Counted from the first letter of the stretch, positions 45,453 through 55,092 are shown. The stretch is 64,000 nucleotides of DNA from an uncultured Luteolibacter sp. (GCA_964541125.1 CAZIPY010000268.1:21997-85996), one strand, 5' to 3'. Notes: generated by a model not told the origin, from the letters alone. Numbers and translations are program-made.

Positions 45453-46427
45453 ATGGACTTGCTGATTCAGAACCTCGTCTCACCTGTTGTTCTTGCCTTC
45501 CTTCTCGGGATGATCGCCCGCTGGGTCAAAAGTGACCTCGAAATTCCGGCGCAGATCTATCAGGCACTCTCGATCTATCTGCTCTTTGCCATCGGGCTCA
45601 AAGGTGGGGTTGCGCTGTCACAGACGCCCTTCAACGAGTTGGTTGCGCCTATGGGCATGACCTTGCTGCTCGGAGTGCTGACTCCCTTCTCGGCATATTT
45701 CCTCCTTCGATCCTTCGGCAAGCTAGGTCGAGTGGATGCAGGAGCAACGGCTGCCCACTACGGCTCCGTGTCGGCAGTGACTTTCCTCGCTGCCATCGAG
45801 GTGGTGAAGATGGCCAAGCTTCAACCTGACGGCTTTCTGCCGGCACTGGTGGCCGTCCTCGAAGTGCCGGGCATCATCGTCGGTCTGTTGCTTGCACGTC
45901 CGCGCGGAGGTGCGGGTGATGTAGCCGGTGGCGCCAGCCTCAAGGAGGCCGTCCACGAGGTGATTGCCGGCAAGAGCATCTTTCTGCTGATTGGCGGCAT
46001 GGCCATCGGCGCCTTCAGCGGCGCGGACAAGGTGGACAGTGTCGCGCCATTCTTTGTCGCGCCGTTCAAGGGGGTCCTCTGCCTATTCTTGCTGGAGCTC
46101 GGCATGGTCGCGGCCAAGCGGCTCGGTGACCTGAAGTCCGCAGGATGGCGACTGGTGATCTGCGGTTGCATCCTGCCACTAGTCCACGGCTTGATCGGCA
46201 CTCTCGGAGGCCATTTCGCGGGCATGAGCGTGGGTGGCGCCGCTGTCCTTGGCGCCATGGTCGGCAGTGCCTCCTACATCGCAGCCCCGGCGGCCGTTCG
46301 CATCGCCCTTCCCAAAGCCAGCCCTGGCATTTATCTGACGCTGGCACTTGGGGTGACTTTCCCCTTCAATCTAGCCATCGGTATTCCACTTTTCCTCTCC
46401 TTCGCTAAATTCCTTTCCAATCTTTGA
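45453..46427 (+). CDS. sbtA: Sodium-dependent bicarbonate transporter family permease
   Basis: KSDLEIP, YLLFAIGLKGG, AAHYGSVSAVTF, SASYIAAPA and LGVTFPFN. Confidence 0.93.
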   Translation: MDLLIQNLVSPVVLAFLLGMIARWVKSDLEIPAQIYQALSIYLLFAIGLKGGVALSQTPFNELVAPMGMTLLLGVLTPFSAYFLLRSFGKLGRVDAGATAAHYGSVSAVTFLAAIEVVKMAKLQPDGFLPALVAVLEVPGIIVGLLLARPRGGAGDVAGGASLKEAVHEVIAGKSIFLLIGGMAIGAFSGADKVDSVAPFFVAPFKGVLCLFLLELGMVAAKRLGDLKSAGWRLVICGCILPLVHGLIGTLGGHFAGMSVGGAAVLGAMVGSASYIAAPAAVRIALPKASPGIYLTLALGVTFPFNLAIGIPLFLSFAKFLSNL

Positions 46428-46430
46428 GCC

Positions 46431-46751
46431 ATGAAAACTCCGCTCACACTTGTCACCATCATCACTGAGTCTCTCTTCAAGGAGAAGATCCGCGACGTCC
46501 TGCGTGACAAGGGCGCGACGGGTCACACCATGACCAACGCCAAAGGAGAAGGCTCGCGCGGCACTGGCGCCCCCGACTGGGAAGGTCCCAATATCAAGAT
46601 TGAGACCATCGTTACGGCTGAAGTGGCCGATGCCATCCTCGAGGCGATTTCTGACAGCTACTTTGAGAACCATGCAGTGATTGCCTGGACGACCGAGGTC
46701 AACGTGCTGCGCGCCGAAAAGTTCATCGGTGGGACTTCCACTGGGCATTGA
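46431..46751 (+). CDS. sbtB: PII-like regulator SbtB
   Basis: LVTIITE, GATGHT, GEGSRG, NIKIETIV and VLRAEKF. It starts 3 nt after sbtA. Confidence 0.88.
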   Translation: MKTPLTLVTIITESLFKEKIRDVLRDKGATGHTMTNAKGEGSRGTGAPDWEGPNIKIETIVTAEVADAILEAISDSYFENHAVIAWTTEVNVLRAEKFIGGTSTGH

Positions 46752-46755
46752 AGTG

Positions 46756-47307
46756 ATGAGCGTCCTGCAATTAGAGCAGCAGATCGGACAAGGGACTCGC
46801 AGGACCTGCTTCCTGCACCCTGAGGATCCGAATTGTTGTGTGAAGGTTGCCAACGCGGATCTGGACGACTTCAAAATCGGGCAGGCCATGAATGCCAATC
46901 GCATCGAGCTTGAATTCTGGCACAAGCAGGTGCGCGATGACGAGGTCCTGCGTGACCATTTTCCTGCCGTCCACGGCAATGTTGCCACCGATCGCGGCGA
47001 AGGCCTGGTCTTGGAGCTCGTTCGTGACGGTGATGGCACGATTAGTCCTAAACTTTCTCAATTTCGAAAGGGCGCCAATGAAACGCAGATAGAGATCTTG
47101 CGTGGTCAGCTGAGTCTGATCCGCCATGAGATCATCAGACGGCACATCCAGATCATTGACTGGGGGGCACAAAATATGCTCGTGCAATGTGAAGGAGAGT
47201 CGCTCGTTCTGAAAGTGGTGGACTTTGAGACCCGGCCAAACATGGCCCGATGGTTCAAGCGGATGAAGTCGGCCCGCAAGGCACGCAGATTCTTGCCCAA
47301 GATCTGA
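46756..47307 (+). CDS. YrbL-family kinase-like protein
   Basis: IGQGTRRTCFLHP, CVKV, TDRGEGLV, and D...N / VVDF kinase-like motifs. Confidence 0.8.
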   Translation: MSVLQLEQQIGQGTRRTCFLHPEDPNCCVKVANADLDDFKIGQAMNANRIELEFWHKQVRDDEVLRDHFPAVHGNVATDRGEGLVLELVRDGDGTISPKLSQFRKGANETQIEILRGQLSLIRHEIIRRHIQIIDWGAQNMLVQCEGESLVLKVVDFETRPNMARWFKRMKSARKARRFLPKI

Positions 47308-47361
47308 CATAATCCCCCCAAGCAGTTGCCTGGAACCAGACTCTCTGCTTTGTCGGGAGGC

Positions 47362-47429
47362 TATTTAGAGCACCATTCTGTGATCGACTGCCCACCGAGG
47401 CCAATGTGATTCGTGCCGAGAAAATCATC
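47362..47429 (+). pseudogene. Remnant of the sbtB 3' end (diverged copy of 46659-46727)
   Basis: YLEHHSVIDC-(1-nt deletion)-TEANVIRAEKII versus YFENHAVIAWTTEVNVLRAEKFI. Confidence 0.8.
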
Positions 47430-47596
47430 TCATGCTGGTGTCTGGGGGCACTTTCCCCTTCAATCTGTACATTGGCATCCCGCTCTTCCTCTCCTTCGCC
47501 AAGTTTCTGGCCAACGCCTAAGTCATAAAAACTCCACTCACGATCGTCACCATCATTACTAAGTTTCTCTTCGAGGAGTGAATCTGCGATGGCTTG
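47427..47596 (+). pseudogene. Remnant of the sbtA 3' end plus sbtB 5' end (diverged copy of 46333-46502)
   Basis: GGTFPFNLYIGIPLFLSFAKFLANA*, a 3-nt spacer, then ATA-KTPLTIVTIITKFLFEE*. The start codon is mutated and there is a premature stop. Confidence 0.9.
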
Positions 47597-47699
47597 CACG
47601 CAGATAAGTTCGTTTCCAGAGAGACGAATTGAACATAAAGAGTGCGTAGCAGCAGTTGAAAGGTGTGTGACTGTAAGTCAGCGATTGTAATTCAGTAAG

Positions 47700-48656
47700 A
47701 TGAGTCGACACGTCACCACCCGATCGCAACTGGATGCCTGTGACATCGATCGTTCCTGGATTGCCTTCGATCTGCTGGAGGGCATCGATGGTAGAGAGGC
47801 GCGGGACGAGAGAATCCTGAGTCGCATCGCCTTCACCATGCCGGTTGGTGATTATAGCCGGCGCATCACCTTTGAGCATCGCTACGAGCAGGTGGATGAA
47901 CGCATCGTCGACCTGCTCAGTCAACATCCTCATGCAAAACGGGAGTTGAGCTGTCACGATGTTGGCGTCTCTAACGGCCTGACTTCACTCAGACTCTACC
48001 AAGCTCTTTCCTCCCATGCTTCGGTCATGTTTCAAGCCACCGACAAGTGCGTTTGTCTCAATGTAGTAACCATCTCGTCATGTCTCAGAGTAATCTTCGA
48101 TCAGCAGGGTCAGTGGGTGCAGATGATCATTGGGGGGGTTGTCTTTCTATTGCGACAGCCCCAAGGTGAGATACGGCGATTGAATCGTGCTGTTTCCGTC
48201 ATGCTGGGCTGGTGGCTGCCATCAGCCATGAAGCTGCTGGCGGGTTGGGGTTGGGCGCGATTCAGAACGATTCCTCTTTTCCACCCCAAGGTGGTCCAAC
48301 AGGCGGAAGGTGACTCCGGTTTCGAGATCGGCGAGGGGGATTTGTTCAAGATGGGCAAGGAACGTCATGAGTTGGTGCGCGCCATGTCCGTCATCTTCAA
48401 CTGGCCTGTCGATTTGAAGCGCGAAGCAGTGCATGCTCTGGCTGAGGCAACCATAGACAACGGCTTACTGGTTCTTGGCCAGGGTGGCGGTCCCTATCCG
48501 CTGAGATGCAGCATTTACCGTCGCGAAGGAAACCGCATGCGCCATTTGGAGGATGTAGGGAATCCCGCGAGAGAACATGAGGAGGTTCTCAATGCCGTGC
48601 TGGGAGTGGAAATTCAGGACGATGTCGTTACTCCTTCTCGCCAGTCAGTGGATTGA
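47700..48656 (+). CDS. Putative class I SAM-dependent methyltransferase-fold protein
   Basis: RITFEHRY, HDVGVSNGLTS glycine loop, GDLF...ELVRAMSV and DNGLLVLG. Confidence 0.6.
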   Translation: MSRHVTTRSQLDACDIDRSWIAFDLLEGIDGREARDERILSRIAFTMPVGDYSRRITFEHRYEQVDERIVDLLSQHPHAKRELSCHDVGVSNGLTSLRLYQALSSHASVMFQATDKCVCLNVVTISSCLRVIFDQQGQWVQMIIGGVVFLLRQPQGEIRRLNRAVSVMLGWWLPSAMKLLAGWGWARFRTIPLFHPKVVQQAEGDSGFEIGEGDLFKMGKERHELVRAMSVIFNWPVDLKREAVHALAEATIDNGLLVLGQGGGPYPLRCSIYRREGNRMRHLEDVGNPAREHEEVLNAVLGVEIQDDVVTPSRQSVD

Positions 48657-51225
48657 AGTACTTTCGTCTTCCAAAGATCAGGAAGGCGCGGAACTTGTAG
48701 AATCTTCGATAGATCGAAAAACCGAGTTTGGTGCTATGCATTTGTAAAAGCATCCTAGAGCTGAACTGGCTCAGGCTGCCCTCGTGAACGGTGTCGCCAC
48801 GTAGAAAAACGTGGAGTTTGCTGGTGATCGAGGAGATGGTGTCCTTGCGAAAGAAGCCGCCATGAGTGCCCGCAGTCCAAACCAGGGATACGGCCTTCTT
48901 GAATGGCCTCTCCCAACCCGGACTGCCCCAATTCACATGTTTGTATGCGCGGTGCGTGCTCCCGCTCCCGAACATGCAGAGGATCGGAATGTCAAAATCG
49001 TACAGCTGCTTTGAAGCGAATTCGAGCAGGCTCAGGGACCGGACATGGTAATTTCGCTTAAGAAGAATCGAAGTGACTTTAGTTGCCAGCCTGGCGCCGC
49101 GACAATTGCCTCCGATATGGATTCCGCCTTGAGGAAACACCTCCATCAACTCATCCGCGTAGAGGCTTGCGATTTTTGAGAGCATTTCCTCATTCCCATC
49201 CACGACCTTACCACCTGAGTAGCCGCCGTAGAGAGGAATCCTGTCATCAAAGTGCTTGGACATCTGAAGCATTTCGGTGGCGGGGCTGTTGTAGAACCAA
49301 AGTAGAGGTGCTTGATCGCCGTCGAGATGGGTGCCCTTGATGATGGGTGATCTGGGAATGGCGGGGATCAGCCCCATGCCCATTACCATTTGGATGGCTC
49401 GATACTCGGGAATCGAAGTCTTTGGGCCTCCATCGCCGCCTTGGCTGTCTGCCGAACGCGCATTTCTAACCTCTTTAGCCAGCGACTCGATGTTGGTGAG
49501 CTTGTGTAGGATGTTTTCGGGCAGCAAGATGCCACACTCTTTTTCGACCTCCAGAATCATGCGGACCGCCGAAAGTGAGTCGCCGCCAAGTTTCAGGAAA
49601 TGGTCGCTCAGATTAATGTCATTGGATCTGATGACACGTTTCCAGATGGCGGCGATGCCCTGCTCCAGTTCGTCACCGTCTTCAATTTTCAGGGCGTTAG
49701 GTTTGGATTTTTGATAAATGCTGCCGAGTTGCTTGCGGTCGAGTTTGCCGATGGCGGTGCGGGGAAAGCCATCCAGCGTGATGACTTCTCGCGGCACCTT
49801 GTGGGCGGCGATGGATGCTGAGACATGTTCCAGTAGGCTTGAGGTTTCAACTTCCGCGTTCAGAACTACTGCGGCGACTACATCTTCTCCCAGTGTCGGA
49901 TGGGTGATGGGGAAGCAAGCGGCCTCCTTGACCGAGGGGTGCGACGCCAGCGCTTCATCGACTTCTCGCATGTTGACCTTCTCTCCACCGCGGTTGATCA
50001 CCTCCTTGCTTCGCCCCAGCAAGTAAATGGTGCCGTCCTTCTCAATGCGTCCGATGTCTCCTGTGCGATACCATCCATCGACAAAAGACGCTTCGTGCTC
50101 CTCCGGGCTGACGCCTTCATAACCTGGAAATACATTGTCGCCTCGGATGATCAGTTCTCCCTCCTCGACCTCGTCGTTCGGCAGGCCGTTGGGGTCCAGC
50201 AGGCTGACTTCGCCTCCGCAAACCTTGCCGACTGAGCCGGGCTTGGTGACGGCGGGGGGGAGTATAGTGGAGGCGATCAGGGGGGAGGCTTCGGTCATGC
50301 CGTAGGTCTGAACCACGGGAATGCTCAGGGAGGCCTCAGCTTCGGCCTTCAGGCTCACTGGCAATTCAGCTGCAACCGAGCGGATGAATCGCAGAGAGTG
50401 ACGGGCGATCGCATTGGTCCTTTGTGTCTGCACCAACTGATGCAGTGTGGTTGGAACCACCTGAGCCCATGTCGGCTGGTGCTTATCCAATATTTCGAAA
50501 AAGCGATCCGCATCGAAACCCGTGGTCGTGATGATTTTCCCTCCGGAATGGATGGGTGCCAGCAGCAGGTCGACCAAGCCGCCGACATGGAATAGTTCCC
50601 ACATGCTCAGACAGATGTCATCCGGCGAAAGATCGAGGGATCGTGCGACATTCGCTGCCGACACGCAGACATTGCGGTGAGTCAGCGGAACGCGCTTGGG
50701 CCGGCCTGTGGAGCCTGAGGTCAGTAGCACCATGGCCGTGGCCTGCGGGTCCGGCGCTTGGAGCGTGTCGTCGGTTGCATGTTCGGCTTTGATTTCATTA
50801 AAGTCGATCAGAGGGATCCCCGCAGCCTCCGCGACTTGGGCTGCCGGATGATCAGTCTGGTCGGTGAGGAAGTGAGTGATTTCGCATTGTCCGAAGTAGG
50901 AGTCAAATTCTGCCGCGGTGAGCTTTGGATCGAAAGGCAGTGCTGCGCCGATGGAGGAGACGGCGAGCAGGGCTGAAGACATTTGGGCGCCGTTCTGCAT
51001 CACCATTCCGATTCGATAGAGTCGGCTGGAGGGGAACTGGCTCTTGATGCCCAGCGCCGTGTGTTCCACGCGATCCAAGAGGTCTCGATACGTCACGGTG
51101 GGGCCAAGTTCATCGATAAAGGCGATTTCCTTAGGGCGCTTGATGGCCTGATGACGCAACAAGGAGAGGATGTCGGGATGAACAAGTGCCTCGCCTTGTT
51201 CCTCAGTCTGGGTGTCCGAGCTCAT
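48628..51225 (-). CDS. NRPS-like A-T-TE enzyme (acyl-CoA-ligase-type A domain)
   Basis: LTSGSTGRPK, YGMTE, RTGD, carrier LGGDSL and a thioesterase elbow with Cys (GGNCRG). Confidence 0.88.
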   Translation of the reverse strand: MSSDTQTEEQGEALVHPDILSLLRHQAIKRPKEIAFIDELGPTVTYRDLLDRVEHTALGIKSQFPSSRLYRIGMVMQNGAQMSSALLAVSSIGAALPFDPKLTAAEFDSYFGQCEITHFLTDQTDHPAAQVAEAAGIPLIDFNEIKAEHATDDTLQAPDPQATAMVLLTSGSTGRPKRVPLTHRNVCVSAANVARSLDLSPDDICLSMWELFHVGGLVDLLLAPIHSGGKIITTTGFDADRFFEILDKHQPTWAQVVPTTLHQLVQTQRTNAIARHSLRFIRSVAAELPVSLKAEAEASLSIPVVQTYGMTEASPLIASTILPPAVTKPGSVGKVCGGEVSLLDPNGLPNDEVEEGELIIRGDNVFPGYEGVSPEEHEASFVDGWYRTGDIGRIEKDGTIYLLGRSKEVINRGGEKVNMREVDEALASHPSVKEAACFPITHPTLGEDVVAAVVLNAEVETSSLLEHVSASIAAHKVPREVITLDGFPRTAIGKLDRKQLGSIYQKSKPNALKIEDGDELEQGIAAIWKRVIRSNDINLSDHFLKLGGDSLSAVRMILEVEKECGILLPENILHKLTNIESLAKEVRNARSADSQGGDGGPKTSIPEYRAIQMVMGMGLIPAIPRSPIIKGTHLDGDQAPLLWFYNSPATEMLQMSKHFDDRIPLYGGYSGGKVVDGNEEMLSKIASLYADELMEVFPQGGIHIGGNCRGARLATKVTSILLKRNYHVRSLSLLEFASKQLYDFDIPILCMFGSGSTHRAYKHVNWGSPGWERPFKKAVSLVWTAGTHGGFFRKDTISSITSKLHVFLRGDTVHEGSLSQFSSRMLLQMHSTKLGFSIYRRFYKFRAFLIFGRRKYFNPLTGEKE

Positions 51226-52331
51226 TGGATCCTATGCAAAAATTCTTTCACCCTATCTTCGTTTTCCAGGAGATGATCCTTAACGCGTTGCAAGTCACAG
51301 TCATTCAATGAAATGCCTGCTGCCATTTTGGCCAGGAACTCAGCGTCGTAATAGCGGATCGCATTGGCCAACACAAAGAGCTCCATTGCCATGTCGGTTG
51401 TTCCCAGAGGTGACGTGATGTCGCAGATGTTGTCAGTCCCAATCCGGACCGAGACTCCTGCGGCGACAAGCTCGAGCACGCGGGCAATGCAGTTGTCGGT
51501 CGGTGACATGACAGATCGGTATTGCCGCATGCTGATGGCGGCTGAGGGGCATGTGACTATGCCCACGTTTCGATACGCAAGTTTGTCACGCAATGTCATG
51601 AATCGGTCTTCATCGTAAACTGTGGGTGAGATGACGTGCACCAGCCACACTCGAGGTTCTTCCAGGTTCGAGTGATTCAATTCCAGCTCCTCCATCACAT
51701 CCACGACCGTCTCTGAACCGTGATCGGAGGCATGGTTGGCCTGATCGACATGGATGTGGATGGGCTTTGATGTCTCCTCGCTCAGCATCAGCCCTTTGCG
51801 ACATGACTCCCGATAGCCAATGTGATCCGGGTAGAGTGCGGTGTCATCTCGCTCGGGTAACAGCCCGATGAAGTCGGCGAAAATGGCACCCTGCCGAACA
51901 TTTTCCCAGTTGGAGCATTGGCCGGAGCGAAAGCCGAACGGGCAGTAAGACCCAATCTGCAGCTCGAGTTGTCCGGCGAACTCCTCTTTGATCGAAGCCA
52001 TCGTTTCCAGAGCTGAGAGCCGAAGATGATCTCCGTCCACATCAACAACGGTGTCCACCCGGGTTGTGCCCGATGAAATCATTTGCTCGATGAAGAATCG
52101 GGCACGGGTTTTAAGCGCTTCAGTCTCGTAGGCGCCACTCCGGTGGATGGCAGGAATCAGGCCATGCTTCTGAGTCAGGCTCAGAGCTGATTTGGCACTT
52201 CCTTCATCACTAGGCTTGCTCAGGCAATTCAGGGTGCCGGCCCGATCCAAATGAATGTGGGCGTTGTAATAACCCCCAAGATAGGCGGCCTGCTCTTCAA
52301 TATCTGCAAGGAATGTTTGGAGTTCGGGCAT
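51222..52331 (-). CDS. Metal-dependent amidohydrolase (cytosine-deaminase-like)
   Basis: NAHIHLDR, HIHVDQ, LVHVIS and IGTDN. ATGA overlap with the A-T-TE gene. Confidence 0.85.
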   Translation of the reverse strand: MPELQTFLADIEEQAAYLGGYYNAHIHLDRAGTLNCLSKPSDEGSAKSALSLTQKHGLIPAIHRSGAYETEALKTRARFFIEQMISSGTTRVDTVVDVDGDHLRLSALETMASIKEEFAGQLELQIGSYCPFGFRSGQCSNWENVRQGAIFADFIGLLPERDDTALYPDHIGYRESCRKGLMLSEETSKPIHIHVDQANHASDHGSETVVDVMEELELNHSNLEEPRVWLVHVISPTVYDEDRFMTLRDKLAYRNVGIVTCPSAAISMRQYRSVMSPTDNCIARVLELVAAGVSVRIGTDNICDITSPLGTTDMAMELFVLANAIRYYDAEFLAKMAAGISLNDCDLQRVKDHLLENEDRVKEFLHRIQ

Positions 52332-52437
52332 ACGGCATCGCGTTTAGCAGCTCAGAGTGAAGCGACATTCGAGAGATGCAAGTCTTGCGATCGATTCCGC
52401 TCCACACACCTCACAAATAGATTAGGATTCAGCTCTG

Positions 52438-55092
52438 ATGGCTCTTCCAACCGACATGCTGAAATTCCGTTATCCGTGGCGGCCGTATCAGCAGCGGGTG
52501 CTCGATGCCGTGAAGGTGCATCTGCGCGATGAGAAACTCCACATCGTTGCGGCGCCCGGATCCGGCAAGACCATTCTTGGGCTCGAGACCTTTCGCTTGC
52601 TCGGCAAGCCCGCCGTGATTCTCACGCCGACGCGAACGATTCGTAATCAGTGGCTGGCACGCCTTCGAATGTTCGTTCCAGAGGGCTCGAATGAGACTTT
52701 TGACTGGGCGAGTAATGATCTTCACAACCCGGGCTTTCTGACCTCGATTACCTATCAGGCGCTACACACCCAATACCGCGAGCAGCTTGAAGAGGATTCG
52801 GATGATCCTGTGGGTGATTCGCCTTCCGCCGGTGATCTGGATCAGATGATCGCAACCTTCAAGGAAATCGGTGTCGGCACACTAATCCTCGATGAGGCGC
52901 ATCACCTGAGGCAGGCCTGGTGGAAAGCCCTGACCAAGTTTGTGAAGGCGATCGACGGTTTGACGCTCGTCTGTCTGACCGCAACACCACCTTATGATTC
53001 GGTGGGTTCAGAATGGAGACGTTACGAGGAACTCTGTGGTCCGATCGATGAGGAGATTTCCGTGCCGGAACTGGTCAAGACCGGCACCCTCTGCCCGCAT
53101 CAGGATTATGTCTATGCTGTCGAGGCCGATGACAAAGCGGCGGGGGAAGTGCGCAGCTATGACCTCACCCTGAAGTCAGCCTTCGCTGAATTGGCTGCGG
53201 ATGAGGTTTTACAGGATGCGATTCGCAGCCATCCATGGGTCAACAGCACCGCGCCCGATCCGGCTGAGGTTCTTGAGGAGCCTGAGTTGGCAGTGGCGAT
53301 GATTGTGTATCTTAAGATGTCTTCTGGCGCTCCGCCGCCTGCGTTGATGGCCATCATGGACATGGAGATGATGGACGTGCCATATCCGGCCAAGCGCTGG
53401 TGGCAGGTGCTCATTCGTCATTACCTCTTCGGCGCGACCTGGGCTGAATCGAAGGAGCGTGAGGACCATCGCGACGCCCTTGCCAAACGCCTACGCAAGG
53501 AGGGCTTGCTCTATCGCCGTGAACTGAGACTGGAGGAGTCGCGGCCGGTGAGGGAATCGCTTTCTACCTCGCCCAACAAGATCGAGGCCTGCCTGCGCAT
53601 CCATGAGCTCGAGCGTCAGCTGCGGGGTGACAGTCTGCGACAGGTGATTCTGACCGACTTCATTCGCGACGACGACGTCGATGACCCGCAAGCCAATGGG
53701 GTGTTGAAACTCGGAGCCTGGACCATCTTTCGGGCATTGGCAGGCGGACCGCGCAGCGGGCCGGACATGGGCCTGGTCACCGGCCGCTTGGTGGTCGTGC
53801 ACAGGGATGCAGTCGCTGCATTGCAACAGGTTCTCGGCACCGATGCTTCCAAACTGCGTACCGAGCCTGTGCCCAGTCTGCCCAATTTCGTTCGACTCAG
53901 CGGCCCACCTTTGGTGGATGCGATGACTGAGCTGCTTAACTCGGGTGTGCTGCATGTGATGGTGGGCACTCGTGCTCTGCTAGGAGAAGGTTGGGATTGT
54001 CCCGCGATCAACTCGCTGGTTTTAGCCAGCTATGTTGGTTCGTTCATGCTCACCAATCAGATGCGGGGACGTGCCATTCGCATCGACCCAAAAACGCCGG
54101 ACAAGGCTTCTTCGATCTGGCACATCGTTGCCATCGTTGACGGCACCGAATCGGGGTTGAGCGACCATCAGGATCTGGAGCGCCGCTTCAAGACCTTCGT
54201 GGGCCTGGCTGCTGAAGAAGCATCCATCATCAGCGGCCTGGATCGCTTGGGCATGCCGACCCCTTCTGCGGCGAAGTGGAGCGAGGGGATTCGTGCGGAC
54301 ATGGAGTCGCGGGTGTCAGGTTTTGGCGAGCTGCGCCGCCGTTGGGATGATGCGATCGAAGCGGGTGGAGATGGCCGGGTCATGCCCAGCGTGCTCACCG
54401 AGAAGCCGCCTTCGATCCGTCCCTTTCACTTCAGAAACACGCTCAAACGTCTGCTCGCTACGGCGTTTACCATGTTCATGGGTGGCTTCGTCTCCATCAT
54501 GCAGGGTGAGCACGATCTCGAAAACTGGAGATTCATTCTGCTGTTGTTGCTGATCGCGTCGGTGGTGGGTTTCCTCGTGGCGCTGCCCATGCTCATTCGC
54601 GCGGCCTGGCTTCTGATCCGCTTTTTGCCAGTGGACGGCAGTCTGCGTCAGATCTCTTTGGCCCTGCTCGATGCACTCTGCCAAACCGATGTGATCCAGT
54701 CGCCGCGTCAACGGCTTGAGATCAAGATTCGCGAGCTTGGTGAGGGCGGGTTCTCCATCGGACTTAAGGGTGCGACCTTTTATGAGCAGTCAGTCTTTGC
54801 GGATTCGCTCGAACAGGCCCTCGGGGCGATTGGTAACCCCCGCTACATGGTGACCCGTACCGGTACTGGCCTCCGCAAGCACAACATCGATTACCACGCC
54901 GTTCCCGATTTGCTCGGAATCCGCAAAGATCGAGCAGAGGTTTTCTTCGCTGAGTGGCAGCGCAGGATCGGCAAATCCACATTGATCTACTGCCGCAACC
55001 CGGAGGGTCGCGCCGCGCTCCTGAAAGCGCGCTCAAGATCATTCTCGAGCAACTTCGCCGATGACGTAGAACGGCTCGACTGCTGGCAGTAG
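52438..55092 (+). CDS. SF2 (ResIII-like) DEAH helicase with C-terminal transmembrane segments
   Basis: RPYQ, PGSGKT, DEAHH, TATP, GEGWD and QMRGRAIR, plus two hydrophobic helices near aa 675-730. Confidence 0.9.
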   Translation: MALPTDMLKFRYPWRPYQQRVLDAVKVHLRDEKLHIVAAPGSGKTILGLETFRLLGKPAVILTPTRTIRNQWLARLRMFVPEGSNETFDWASNDLHNPGFLTSITYQALHTQYREQLEEDSDDPVGDSPSAGDLDQMIATFKEIGVGTLILDEAHHLRQAWWKALTKFVKAIDGLTLVCLTATPPYDSVGSEWRRYEELCGPIDEEISVPELVKTGTLCPHQDYVYAVEADDKAAGEVRSYDLTLKSAFAELAADEVLQDAIRSHPWVNSTAPDPAEVLEEPELAVAMIVYLKMSSGAPPPALMAIMDMEMMDVPYPAKRWWQVLIRHYLFGATWAESKEREDHRDALAKRLRKEGLLYRRELRLEESRPVRESLSTSPNKIEACLRIHELERQLRGDSLRQVILTDFIRDDDVDDPQANGVLKLGAWTIFRALAGGPRSGPDMGLVTGRLVVVHRDAVAALQQVLGTDASKLRTEPVPSLPNFVRLSGPPLVDAMTELLNSGVLHVMVGTRALLGEGWDCPAINSLVLASYVGSFMLTNQMRGRAIRIDPKTPDKASSIWHIVAIVDGTESGLSDHQDLERRFKTFVGLAAEEASIISGLDRLGMPTPSAAKWSEGIRADMESRVSGFGELRRRWDDAIEAGGDGRVMPSVLTEKPPSIRPFHFRNTLKRLLATAFTMFMGGFVSIMQGEHDLENWRFILLLLLIASVVGFLVALPMLIRAAWLLIRFLPVDGSLRQISLALLDALCQTDVIQSPRQRLEIKIRELGEGGFSIGLKGATFYEQSVFADSLEQALGAIGNPRYMVTRTGTGLRKHNIDYHAVPDLLGIRKDRAEVFFAEWQRRIGKSTLIYCRNPEGRAALLKARSRSFSSNFADDVERLDCWQ

